A stretch of 64,000 nt of DNA, from positions 35,749 through 99,748 of the forward strand of contig CAYTMW010000009.1 in the NCBI GenBank assembly GCA_964439025.1. The letters run 5' to 3'. Shown here piece by piece: positions 44,862 to 54,042 of this stretch; within the stretch, counting starts at the first letter, position 1; each line of letters opens with the position of its first letter. The position numbers were made by a program, and so were the translations under genes. The notes beneath the pieces were generated by a model, which worked only from the letters and a program-made list of their open reading frames with translations, did no database searches and was not told the origin of the DNA. This DNA comes from an uncultured Gemmatimonas sp. Its GTDB lineage: Bacteria > Gemmatimonadota > Gemmatimonadetes > Gemmatimonadales > GWC2-71-9.

Positions 44862-46526
44862 ATGTCTTCCGTTCGTTACTTCGTCCTCGCCCTCTCCGCC
44901 GCGTCGGCGAGTTCCCTGCACGCGCAGGCCACCACCAGGACAGCTCCGGTGGTGATCCAGGTGCCCGACCTCGCGTGGCTGGCCCCGGTCGTGGCGGATG
45001 CCCAGGCTCGCGCCGCGATGTCACTCGCCCAGGTGCGACCCTCGCTCGCCGGGCTCGGTCCCGCCTTGGCGCAGGCGCGCATGGGACTGATGCACGCCCA
45101 GGCAGCGCTGGCCACGACGGGCGCCCGCATGGGACGTTTCGGCTCCTTCGGCTTTGCGATGGCCTACGACGAAATCGCCGAATCTCCCCCAGCGCCGTGG
45201 GCGCAGCAGGATCCCGCCGATCAGATCTACCGGGACGCCCGGAGCGAGCTGACCCGCGGCCGCTATGCGACCGCCGCCAATCTCTTCGCGAGCATCTACA
45301 GCAGGTACCCGCGCTCCACCTACGCCGGCGATGCGTACTACTGGCAGGCGTACGCGCTGAGCAAGCGGGACAACGATGAAGCGCTTCGGCAGGCGCTCGG
45401 CGTCCTGGAGCAGCAGAAGGTAAAGGCGCGGGGCGCGAGCTCGCGGCGCGATGCCGATCAGCTTCGCATCCGGATCTGCGGCGAGCTGGCCCAGCGGGGT
45501 GACTCCGATTGCGCCGCGGAGATCAACGCCGAGGCGCGCGCCGCCATGGAGCCCACCCCGGCGCCGGCACCCCGGGCCGCCCCCCAGCCGCGAGACGGGC
45601 CGAACCCCCCGCGCGCGACCACCCGGCGGCCGGGCCGGGAGCGCTGCGACAACGAGGACGATATCCAGTCCGCCGCGCTCAATGCGCTGTTGCAGATGGA
45701 TGGCGACAAGGCGCTGCCGGTTCTGAAGAAGGTCCTGGCCCGGCGCGATGAGGGCTCGCTCTGCCTGCGCCGCAAGGCGGTGTTCCTGGTGTCCCAGCAC
45801 GAAGGGCCGGAGACCGAGCGGATTCTCCTCGATGCCGCGCGCACCGACCCCGATGGCGAGGTGCGCGAGCAGGCGGTGCAGTGGCTCTCGCAGGTCGATT
45901 CACCGGCCGCCGTCGCCGCGCTCGATTCGATCCTCCGGAGCGCGAATGATCCGGCGCTGCAGGACAAGGCCATCTTCGCCCTCTCGCAACAGGATTCGCC
46001 GCGCGCCCGGCAGGCACTCAAGGACTTTGCGCTCCGCGGCGGCGTCTCCTCTGATCTCCGCCAAAAGGCGATCTTCTGGATCGGCCAGGGCGACGATCCC
46101 GATCGCTCGGGCTTCCTCAAGACGCTCTATGTCCAGCTCAAGGACACGGAGTCGCGCGAGAAAATCCTCTTCTCGATGTCGCAGATCGACGGACCGGAGA
46201 GCCAGCGCTGGCTGCTGCAGATCGCCAGCGACGTCAACGAGGGTATCGAGCTTCGGAAGAAGGCGCTCTTCTGGGTGGGTCAGTCGGACATCCCGGCGAC
46301 TGATCTCTTTACCCTCTACGAGAAAATGCCGAGCCGGGAAATGAAGGACCAGCTGATCTTCGTTTACTCGCAGCGGGACGAGCGGGCGGCGGTGGACAAG
46401 CTGTTCGAAATCGCCAGGACCGAGCCCGACCGCGAGCTCAAGAAGAAGGCGATCTTCTGGCTCGGCCAGTCCGACGACCCGCGCGTGCCGGCGTTCCTCG
46501 AGCGACTTCTCGAAAAGCCGAACTGA
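44862..46526 (+). CDS. Secreted TPR-like + HEAT-repeat protein
   Basis: AAGGAG RBS and signal MSSVRYFVLALSAASASSLHAQ. Eight repeats of '(K/R)..A(I/V/L)F..(S/G)Q.D.P'. Confidence 0.8.
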   Translation: MSSVRYFVLALSAASASSLHAQATTRTAPVVIQVPDLAWLAPVVADAQARAAMSLAQVRPSLAGLGPALAQARMGLMHAQAALATTGARMGRFGSFGFAMAYDEIAESPPAPWAQQDPADQIYRDARSELTRGRYATAANLFASIYSRYPRSTYAGDAYYWQAYALSKRDNDEALRQALGVLEQQKVKARGASSRRDADQLRIRICGELAQRGDSDCAAEINAEARAAMEPTPAPAPRAAPQPRDGPNPPRATTRRPGRERCDNEDDIQSAALNALLQMDGDKALPVLKKVLARRDEGSLCLRRKAVFLVSQHEGPETERILLDAARTDPDGEVREQAVQWLSQVDSPAAVAALDSILRSANDPALQDKAIFALSQQDSPRARQALKDFALRGGVSSDLRQKAIFWIGQGDDPDRSGFLKTLYVQLKDTESREKILFSMSQIDGPESQRWLLQIASDVNEGIELRKKALFWVGQSDIPATDLFTLYEKMPSREMKDQLIFVYSQRDERAAVDKLFEIARTEPDRELKKKAIFWLGQSDDPRVPAFLERLLEKPN

Positions 46527-46540
46527 CGGGGAGGCACACC

Positions 46541-47344
46541 ATGCGGCGTCTCATCGGCATCACCCCGTTGCTGCTCGCCGGCCTCACCGGCTCCGTCGGC
46601 GGCCAGGCGCTCACCGACCGGATCCTCGCGGTACGGGAGGGAACGGTGCGGCTCTCCTACGGCGTCCGTGACGGCATCTGCGGCGACGGGGAGACCTTCA
46701 TCCGCGACCGCTCGCGGGGCGAGGACAACTTCACGACGTTTGACGACGTGAACTCGCGCTGGAGCGGCCGGGGATGGCGCGATCGTCCCTGTGAGCCGGG
46801 CCCGGCGCGGATCGCAATCACCAAGTCCGGCGGAGAAGTCACCCGGCTTCGCGTGTATGTCGGCGGCGACTGGCGGAGCGGCAGCGGCAGCATCACCGAC
46901 CTCGGCATGGTCTCTGCGCCTGTCGCGGCCAAGGCGTTGGTGGCGCTCGCCGCGCGGGCGTACAATGCCGATCGCGCGATCTACGGAGCGATCATCGCCG
47001 ACAGCGCGGTCGTCTGGCCCGATCTCCTGGCCCTCGCCAAGGACACCAGGGCCCGCACGGAGACCCGGAAGAACGCGGTCTTCTGGCTGAGCCAGGCCGC
47101 CGGTGACGAAGCCACCCGAGGGCTCTCCGCGCTCGCTGAGAATGACGACGAGAACAGGGACATCAGGGAGCAGGCGGTCTTCGCGATCTCGCAGCTCCGG
47201 AACGACGAAGGGGTGCCCGTGCTCATCCGGATCGCGCGCAGCAACCGGGATCCCAAAATCCGCCGGAAGGCGCTGTTCTGGCTGGGGCAGTCGGATGATC
47301 CGCGAGCGTTGCGGTTGTTCGAAGAGATTCTGACGAAGGGCTAA
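46541..47344 (+). CDS. Secreted HEAT-repeat protein (paralogous C-terminal module)
   Basis: Signal MRRLIGITPLLLAGLTG. Three repeats of the same motif. C-terminus 'RRKALFWLGQSDDPRALRLFEEIL' parallels 'KKKAIFWLGQSDDPRVPAFLERLL' of the upstream protein. Confidence 0.8.
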   Translation: MRRLIGITPLLLAGLTGSVGGQALTDRILAVREGTVRLSYGVRDGICGDGETFIRDRSRGEDNFTTFDDVNSRWSGRGWRDRPCEPGPARIAITKSGGEVTRLRVYVGGDWRSGSGSITDLGMVSAPVAAKALVALAARAYNADRAIYGAIIADSAVVWPDLLALAKDTRARTETRKNAVFWLSQAAGDEATRGLSALAENDDENRDIREQAVFAISQLRNDEGVPVLIRIARSNRDPKIRRKALFWLGQSDDPRALRLFEEILTKG

Positions 47345-47350
47345 CCGCTA

Positions 47351-50137
47351 TCAACGCCCGAACGTCACCTCGACCCTCGTATACACAAACCTCCCGTTAT
47401 ACCCGAACGGCGACGGCTGCGGGTAGAGGAAAATCCCGAAGCTATTGTCGGCATTGAGGCGATCGGGATACTTGTCGAACAGGTTCCTGACCCCGATCGA
47501 CACGTTCAAATTCCGCGGCAGCAAGTAACCGACTTCGGCGTCGAAGACCCCCGCGGAACCGATCGTCTGCACGCAATCCGCGCAATTGGTGCCCGACAGC
47601 TGCGACGTCTGGTATTTGCCGTACCAGGACGACCGCAGCAGCCCGTGAAGGGCCCCGCGCGCATAGTCCAGGGTGACGGTGGAGCGCCAGTCCGGGCGCT
47701 CCTTCTCCAGCGCGATGCTTCCCCCCGACACAAACGGATCGAACAGCACCGCCCCGGTCCCCGCGAGCTCCGGCGGCTCGTTCACCCGCCGGATCCGGTT
47801 CTGGGTCCAGTTGAATCCACCCGACAGTTCCAGCCGCTGCGCGTCGCCCACCGGGACCCGCCACGCTGCCGTGAGATCCACGCCGGTGGTCTTGGTATCG
47901 AGCGCGTTAGTGAAGTACTGCGCCGTCTCGACGTTGGTGATGCCGTTATCCCGGAGAATCTGGGTGACGCCGTCTCCTCCGAGCACCCCGGTCAGGATGA
48001 TCCGTCCGTCGATCGTGACGTAGAACAGGTCGGCGGTCAGGGTGAGGCGCTCGGTGGGACTCACGGCGAGCCCCGCGCTCAGATTCACCGAGGTCTCCGC
48101 CTTGAGCGGCTCGGCGCCCAGGGCCTGCGCGGCGGCCGTGGAAACAGGAAAGATCCCGCCTTCCACCGGCACCGGCTGACCCGTCTGCGTGTCGAGCACG
48201 AAGTTGGTGATCGTGGCGCCGTAGAAGCTCTGGCTCGGCGAGGGGGCGCGGAACCCGGTGCTCACCGCGCCGCGCAGCGTCACCCGGTTCGACGGGGCCA
48301 GCCGGAGCGCCAGCTTTCCGGTGACCTTGGAGCCGAAATCGCTGTAGTTCTCAAACCGGCCGGCAACATTGGCGAGAAGTGTACCGGAGAGATTGGTTTC
48401 GAGATCGACATACGCGCCCACGTTGTGCCGGCTGTCATCGACCTCGTTGGACGGCTGAAACCCTCCGAAAACCTGTGAGCCCGGCGGGGCGGGATCGCCG
48501 CTCCGGTTGAGATGCCCACCCTGGATGTAGGACGCCCTCTCGCCCGCGACGATCTGGTATTTCTCCCGCCGGAACTGGAGCCCCGTGGCGACGTTGAGAT
48601 CGCCGGGAAGGCCGATCGAGACGGCCTTGGCAATGTTGAGCGCTGCGACCAGCTCGTTGAGCTTGAGCGTGCCGGCGTCGATCTCGGTCTGATTCGGAAT
48701 CCCCGGATCGTCGGCGTTCCCGAAGATGCCGTCCAGGCCCGGTGCGCACGCGATGGTCAGGCAGGGCCCGAGCGAGACGTTCATCGTGTTGCGAAGGTCA
48801 TAGAAGAAACTGTTGTAGCCAAAGGACGCACCGAGGTCGTAGGCCCAGCCGCCGGTCGTGCCCCGGAGCCCCGCCGCCCCGGAAGCGTCCTTCACCGTCG
48901 GATGGAATTCCGGCAGGTATCCGAGCGGATAGATCTCAGGCCAGTTCCGGTCCGAAATGGCCTGGCGGCGGAAGCCGTTGCCGGTGCCGATCCGGTGACT
49001 GTATCCGGCGAAGGCGTACAATTCGCTCGACCCCGACGCGTTGAGGGGGAAACGCGCATTCACGAACCCCAGAGCATCCCGGGCGAGCCCGTCGCCCCAA
49101 TGGTGATTCGGCTGGGGCACCGGATTGTTCTTCTGGGTGACCTTGCCGTCCGCGTCGATCTCATCGGCGTCGCCGGGCACGACCTGATCTTCGGGATCCG
49201 CGCCGGAGCGATTGGTCGCGTCGCGATGCCGGAACTCTCCGAACACGCTGATCGATCCGCGGCCGACCGGAATGCCCCATCCGCCGCCCAGGTTATACGT
49301 CGTGCCGTCATCGGGAAACGGGCCGGTCAGGTAGCGACCGGCATCGCCACGGAGGAACGGCGCGAATTCTCCTTCCCGGATCACCAAATTGACGACTCCG
49401 GCAATGGCATCGGAGCCGTACTGAGCCGCCGCGCCGTCCCGTAGAACCTCGATCCGGTCGATTGCGCTGGCCGGAAGGGCATTCATGTCGACGCCGCTGG
49501 AGCCCGCGCCCATTCCCGAAGCAAAATTGTGGACCAGGGCCGTCCGGTGCCGCCGCCAGCCGTTGACCAGCACCAGGGCATGGTCGGGGGAGAGGCCGCG
49601 GAGCGTGAACGGCCGGACGATGTCGCTCGCGTCGGCAACACTCTGGCGCGGGAAATTGACCGAGGGGGAAAGCCGGGCGAGCACTTCACCGGTTTCGGTG
49701 GAGCCGATCTGCCGAATCTTTTCCGACCCGAAGACGTCCACCGGAACGGCCAGCTCCTCGGCGGCGGTATGGCGGGCCCGGGAGCCCACCACGACGTCGA
49801 TCGGGGCCAGCCGCACGACGCTCTTGCCCAGAACGAAATTGCGCTGGATATCGCCGCCGGGCGGGATCGATACCTGAGCGCTTGCCGGGGCGTGCCCGAT
49901 GAGCCGGGCTCGCACGGTGTAGGTCCCGGCGGGAACGTTCCGCAGCTCGTAATCGCCCTGGGCTCCCGCGGTCGCCCGGAGGAGAGTCCCCTCGACGGTC
50001 ACTACCGCGCCCAGGAGGCCCATACCGGCGCTGTCGCTCACCCGGCCCCGAAGCCTCCCGGTCTGGGCCGCCAGCGTCTCCGCAGCCGCAAGCACTACCA
50101 GGGCCACCCCCGTGATCACGATCCGGAGCCGTCGCAT
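47351..50137 (-). CDS. TonB-dependent receptor with N-terminal carboxypeptidase-regulatory-like domain (Oar-like)
   Basis: Contains 'G.L.G.V.D..G..L.GA.V.V......A.....G.Y.L.N.P.G.Y.V.A..IG', a plug region 'LRGLSPDHALVLVNG', and a long beta-barrel. Confidence 0.88.
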   Translation of the reverse strand: MRRLRIVITGVALVVLAAAETLAAQTGRLRGRVSDSAGMGLLGAVVTVEGTLLRATAGAQGDYELRNVPAGTYTVRARLIGHAPASAQVSIPPGGDIQRNFVLGKSVVRLAPIDVVVGSRARHTAAEELAVPVDVFGSEKIRQIGSTETGEVLARLSPSVNFPRQSVADASDIVRPFTLRGLSPDHALVLVNGWRRHRTALVHNFASGMGAGSSGVDMNALPASAIDRIEVLRDGAAAQYGSDAIAGVVNLVIREGEFAPFLRGDAGRYLTGPFPDDGTTYNLGGGWGIPVGRGSISVFGEFRHRDATNRSGADPEDQVVPGDADEIDADGKVTQKNNPVPQPNHHWGDGLARDALGFVNARFPLNASGSSELYAFAGYSHRIGTGNGFRRQAISDRNWPEIYPLGYLPEFHPTVKDASGAAGLRGTTGGWAYDLGASFGYNSFFYDLRNTMNVSLGPCLTIACAPGLDGIFGNADDPGIPNQTEIDAGTLKLNELVAALNIAKAVSIGLPGDLNVATGLQFRREKYQIVAGERASYIQGGHLNRSGDPAPPGSQVFGGFQPSNEVDDSRHNVGAYVDLETNLSGTLLANVAGRFENYSDFGSKVTGKLALRLAPSNRVTLRGAVSTGFRAPSPSQSFYGATITNFVLDTQTGQPVPVEGGIFPVSTAAAQALGAEPLKAETSVNLSAGLAVSPTERLTLTADLFYVTIDGRIILTGVLGGDGVTQILRDNGITNVETAQYFTNALDTKTTGVDLTAAWRVPVGDAQRLELSGGFNWTQNRIRRVNEPPELAGTGAVLFDPFVSGGSIALEKERPDWRSTVTLDYARGALHGLLRSSWYGKYQTSQLSGTNCADCVQTIGSAGVFDAEVGYLLPRNLNVSIGVRNLFDKYPDRLNADNSFGIFLYPQPSPFGYNGRFVYTRVEVTFGR

Positions 50138-50368
50138 GTCGCCTCGATGAAGTGGTTAAGAGGTAATCTGGGCGCTGACTGGAAACCGACCGGGTTCAAT
50201 ACGCGTCTGGACCTTGACGGTGTCAAGTGGCAACGCCGAACCGGCTGGCGAATCCCCCCACCTTGGGCCGCCGTAGTCATTATTATTAGGGTCGGTGTCC
50301 TACAGATTCGCGACGGCGCCATTCCGGTGTCCGTCGCGGCTTCGTCCTGCGGCAATGGAGCGGGTAAC

Positions 50369-51955
50369 ATGAGGATGCGTTCACTAGCGATCGGCGGGGC
50401 CCTGCTGCTGCTCCCATTGGCAGCCGGGGCCTTCCTTCGGCAGGGCGGCCAGACCGCGGACGGGGCCCGCCTTTTTTCGCAGGTCCTGCAGCGCATCGAA
50501 GACAACGCGGTGGACTCGCTGTCCCGGAATGCCATTTATGAAAAGGCCGCGCGGGGGCTGATCAAGAACCTCAAGGACCCCTACGCAGAGCTGTACTCGC
50601 CGGAGGAGATCGCCGACTTCCAGCGGAACACGCTGCGAAACAACTACGGCGGTCTCGGGATGCAGATCGAGCCCCAAGATGACCAGATCGTCGTCGCGCG
50701 GGTCTTCCCCAAGAGCCCCGCCGAGGCCGGTGGCGTGCAGCCCGGCGATCACATCATGGCGGTGGATTCGGTGCCGGTCGTGGGTCTCAAGCTCACCCAG
50801 GTCTCGGGGCGCCTCCTCGGGCGGCCCGGCACCAAGGTGGATGTGGTCTTCCAGCGCGCCGGCGTGCCGCAGCCGATCCGCGGCCGGTTCACCCGGGCGA
50901 TCATCCGCGTCCCCGCGGTACCCTACTCGCTGGCGCTGGACGGTGGCGTCGGATACATCCCGCTCCAGAGCTTCAACGATTCCGCCGCGGAGGACGTGGC
51001 GAAGGCGCTGCTCGACCTCAAGCGCCGGGGCGCCCGGAGCTTCGTGCTCGACCTGCGCGGCAACGGCGGCGGCTCCCTGGATCAGGCGCTCGACATCAGC
51101 GACCTCTTCCTCAAGCCCGGCCAGGAGATCGTCGTCGTGCGCCACCGCGGCAAGGCGCCGGAGATCGCGTCCGCCAGCCGTCCGTCGGTCATCGATTCGA
51201 TGCCGATCGTCGTGCTGGTGGACGGGGGCAGCGCCTCCGCCTCGGAGATCGTCGCCGGCGCCCTGCAGGATCATGACCGTGGGCTGGTGGTGGGAACCAC
51301 ATCGTTCGGCAAGGGATTGGTGCAGACGCTCTTCCCTATGGAAGGCGGCTGGTACATCAAGCTCACCACCGGCAAGTGGTATACGCCGAGCGGCCGTTCG
51401 ATTCAGGCCGAGCATGACCGGCTGGGTGACGATCGTTTCGTGGAATACGCGCGGGATTCGGTGGCCGGCGACACGGTCAGGAACCGCCCGGTCTTCAAGT
51501 CCGACGCGGGCCGGAAGATCCTCGGCGGCGGCGGGATCACACCGGATATCGTCGTTGCCCAGGACACTGCCACCGCCGCGGAGCGCGAGCTGGCCCGGGC
51601 CGTGGCCCCAGCCGGACAGGCCTGGTACGTGACGCTCTACAACTACGCCATCGAGTCGAAGGGCTCCGTGACCCGCGACTTCACGGTGACACCCGCGATG
51701 CGCAACGAGTTCTACAACCGGCTGGTCAAAGCGAAGCTGCCAATCACCCGGACCCAGTTCGACGCGGCCCAGGATGTGATCGACAGAAACCTCGAGCAGC
51801 GCTTCATCAGCCTGGCCTTCGGCGATTCCACCGCGTTCCGTCGCGGCATCCCGCAGGACCCGCAGATAACGATGGCGCTCAACATGCTCCGCCGCGGCAC
51901 GACCCAGCGTCAGCTGCTGGCGCTGGCGGCGCAGGAGCCGAGGAAGGTCCAGTAA
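50369..51955 (+). CDS. S41-family C-terminal processing peptidase
   Basis: Start at MRMRSLAIGGALLLLPLAAGA. PDZ 'P.SPAE.AGV.PGD.I..VD', plus 'DLRGNGGGSL' and 'VLVD..SASASEI'. Confidence 0.88.
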   Translation: MRMRSLAIGGALLLLPLAAGAFLRQGGQTADGARLFSQVLQRIEDNAVDSLSRNAIYEKAARGLIKNLKDPYAELYSPEEIADFQRNTLRNNYGGLGMQIEPQDDQIVVARVFPKSPAEAGGVQPGDHIMAVDSVPVVGLKLTQVSGRLLGRPGTKVDVVFQRAGVPQPIRGRFTRAIIRVPAVPYSLALDGGVGYIPLQSFNDSAAEDVAKALLDLKRRGARSFVLDLRGNGGGSLDQALDISDLFLKPGQEIVVVRHRGKAPEIASASRPSVIDSMPIVVLVDGGSASASEIVAGALQDHDRGLVVGTTSFGKGLVQTLFPMEGGWYIKLTTGKWYTPSGRSIQAEHDRLGDDRFVEYARDSVAGDTVRNRPVFKSDAGRKILGGGGITPDIVVAQDTATAAERELARAVAPAGQAWYVTLYNYAIESKGSVTRDFTVTPAMRNEFYNRLVKAKLPITRTQFDAAQDVIDRNLEQRFISLAFGDSTAFRRGIPQDPQITMALNMLRRGTTQRQLLALAAQEPRKVQ

Positions 51956-51957
51956 GA

Positions 51958-52010
51958 GGGGTTGGGGGTTGGGGATTGGGGAACTCCCCCAGCCCCCAAC
52001 CCCCAAACCC
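51958..52010. terminator. Long imperfect G-run/C-run hairpin built from GGGGTT-type units between convergent genes
   Basis: GGGGTTGGGGGTTGGGGATTGGGG-AACT-CCCCCAGCCCCCAACCCCCAAACCC. Sits between the S41 stop (51955) and the M61 stop (52010-52012). Confidence 0.45.
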
Positions 52011-53833
52011 TACCCCCCCGTCGTCCCCGTCAATATCCCCCGCCTGATCCTCGCCGCCTTCGGGCTCGCCGTCGCATCCCACAAGAGCCGCGTGTCCACG
52101 ATGAGCTCCCGGCGTACCTCCATCTGCACCGTACGCTCGGCATCGTTCCGGCGGACCACGACGGGAATCGTGCTGCCGACGGCGTCGGCGTAGCGCGTCC
52201 GAAATTGCAGCGCGAAGTTTTCGTCTTTGACCTCGACCTCTCCGACCTTGAGGATCTGATCACCGGGCTCGATGCCGGCGTCGAAGGCCGCGCTGCCGCG
52301 CGTCACCGCGGTCACGAAGACGCGTAAGCTGTCGGACAGCGTGTTGACGCCCAGTCGCAGCTCGCGCGTGCTGTCGGCGACTTGCCTGATCCCGCCGAGG
52401 GCGCCCACCGTGGCCCAGGGAAACGGCTCCCTGCCATCGATATACTTCGCGGCGAACTCGGTGAACGGGCGCCCCCCCGCCGCGGCGGTGACCGCCGCCC
52501 ACCACTCCGCGGTGGTGAAGCCTTTCCCCTTCTTGTACGTGCTCTGGTAGAGACCCCGCATCACGTCGTCGAGCGAGCGGCGATTGTCGCTCCCGTCACG
52601 AATCAGGATGTCCAGCAGCAGTCCCGCGAGAGACCCTTTGTCGTAGTAGATGTCGCCGGTCCCATCGGTCGGATCGATCCAGCTGGTGAGCGACGCATCT
52701 TCGAGGGCGATCGGCACCGTCTGGTCGGTATGCTCCCGTTTGCCCTCGGTGACGCTCAGGAATACCGTCGAATCGAGAATGCCCCCGCGCACCAGTGCGA
52801 GATCGGCGTAGTAATCGGTGATCCCCTCGCTCACCCAGAGCAGCGTGGTCGGCTGCGGCTGGTCATATCGGTACGGCACCATCTCGGACGGGCGGAGCCG
52901 CTTCACGTTCCAGGCGTGGAAGATCTCGTGCGCAGTGATCGAGGCCAGCAGCGCGGTACCGATGAACTGCGGATTGTAGATGCCGACGTGCGAGTTCTGG
53001 TGCTCGAGGGCGCTCCCGCCGGCGAACGACGGCTCGAAGATCAGCATCGTGGTGTAGTGCTTCCACGGCGTCTCGCCGAAGATCTTGGACTGGGGCGGAA
53101 CCATCGCCTGAATCTGCTCCCAGAGCACTCGGCGCGCGGCGGTCCGGAGCTCTCCCGACGGGTAGCTCGCAAGGCGGTGCCAGACCCCCTCGACCTGGGC
53201 GCTGTCCACATCGAGGCGGCCGATAAAAAATGGCATGTCGACCAGGTCGTGATAGTTCGTGGCGCGGTAGCGCCCCGCGCCGCCGTCCCGGTCGAGACCG
53301 GTGACGATCTGCCAACCCGGTGCGGTGGTGACGCTCACCCGCGCGGGGAAATCCATCCCCTGGCCCTCAGGATATGGAAAGACGTTGGTGCCGTTGATCA
53401 GGAGAAAATCGGGTTTCGCCCAGGCCATCGCGTTGTCGAGGGTGTCGGCCAGGAAATCGAACTCCACCCGGACCGGGCCGGCCGCCACCGGCCGCACCCG
53501 CCAGGTGTCGTAGTCGGTCTTGTCCCAAACGAGCGGCCGCCCACCGCTGGTCGCCGAAAAACTGGAGACCTTCCGGGCATAGTTGTTGAGCTCGTACGCG
53601 CCCGGCGTCCACGCAGGGAGGGAAAGCAGTACCGGCCCCGCGCGCGGGACGTCGAACTCCATTCCGATGCGCACGCTGCGGCGCTCGGCGTTCGCCGAGT
53701 CGAAGATGAGCTCGTAGCGCAGATTCGTTGCGACGCCCGGAGCCCGCGCGGGACGCGGCTGCGCCATGAGCGGGACAGCGCAGCCAATCAGGAAAACCGC
53801 GGACGCGGCGAGAGAACGAAAGCGGCCTGACAC
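52010..53833 (-). CDS. M61-family metallopeptidase with C-terminal PDZ domain
   Basis: Signal/lipobox-like MSGRFRSLAASAVFLIGCA. Contains 'HEIFHAWNVKRLRP' (HExxH..WN) and a C-terminal PDZ 'AA.DAGI.PGD.I..V'. Confidence 0.88.
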   Translation of the reverse strand: MSGRFRSLAASAVFLIGCAVPLMAQPRPARAPGVATNLRYELIFDSANAERRSVRIGMEFDVPRAGPVLLSLPAWTPGAYELNNYARKVSSFSATSGGRPLVWDKTDYDTWRVRPVAAGPVRVEFDFLADTLDNAMAWAKPDFLLINGTNVFPYPEGQGMDFPARVSVTTAPGWQIVTGLDRDGGAGRYRATNYHDLVDMPFFIGRLDVDSAQVEGVWHRLASYPSGELRTAARRVLWEQIQAMVPPQSKIFGETPWKHYTTMLIFEPSFAGGSALEHQNSHVGIYNPQFIGTALLASITAHEIFHAWNVKRLRPSEMVPYRYDQPQPTTLLWVSEGITDYYADLALVRGGILDSTVFLSVTEGKREHTDQTVPIALEDASLTSWIDPTDGTGDIYYDKGSLAGLLLDILIRDGSDNRRSLDDVMRGLYQSTYKKGKGFTTAEWWAAVTAAAGGRPFTEFAAKYIDGREPFPWATVGALGGIRQVADSTRELRLGVNTLSDSLRVFVTAVTRGSAAFDAGIEPGDQILKVGEVEVKDENFALQFRTRYADAVGSTIPVVVRRNDAERTVQMEVRRELIVDTRLLWDATASPKAARIRRGILTGTTGG

Positions 53834-54042
53834 AATGAATCCTTTCCCCAGGTCGGAAATTGCGGCCGAAGGCGTGCCCGTCGGCTACGGGAAGTATCTC
53901 ACGATATGGCGGCGATTGACCAGCGGACCGGAGAGGCGGGAGGCGGCAAGCAGGCAGAGCGCCGCGAGAAGCGTCACGCCCCGGAGTCGGAAAGGAGGAG
54001 TCACTCTGTCACGACGGCGAGCGCGGCGGTGCGGTTTCAGGA

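Noticed and set aside
50138-50368. Possible cobalamin riboswitch in the ~230-nt leader of the TonB-dependent receptor. On the - strand I saw TTGCCACTTGACACCGTCAAGGTC and AGTCAGCGCCCAGATTACCTC, faintly like the GCCACTG and B12-box elements.
   Set aside because: The conserved GGGAA/GGTG..AATCC core and a proper AGYCMGG.AGACCKGCC box are not present. The receptor is a 928-aa Oar-like protein with a carboxypeptidase-regulatory domain, not a BtuB type. A cmsearch with Rfam RF00174 would settle it.
53885-54001. 39-codon GTG-initiated hydrophobic ORF (VTPPFRLRGVTLLAALCLLAASRLSGPLVNRRHIVRYFP) between the ABC-2 permease and the M61 peptidase gene.
   Set aside because: It is only the tail of a long shadow ORF (53885-55045). 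There is no RBS or motif and it is too short to support.
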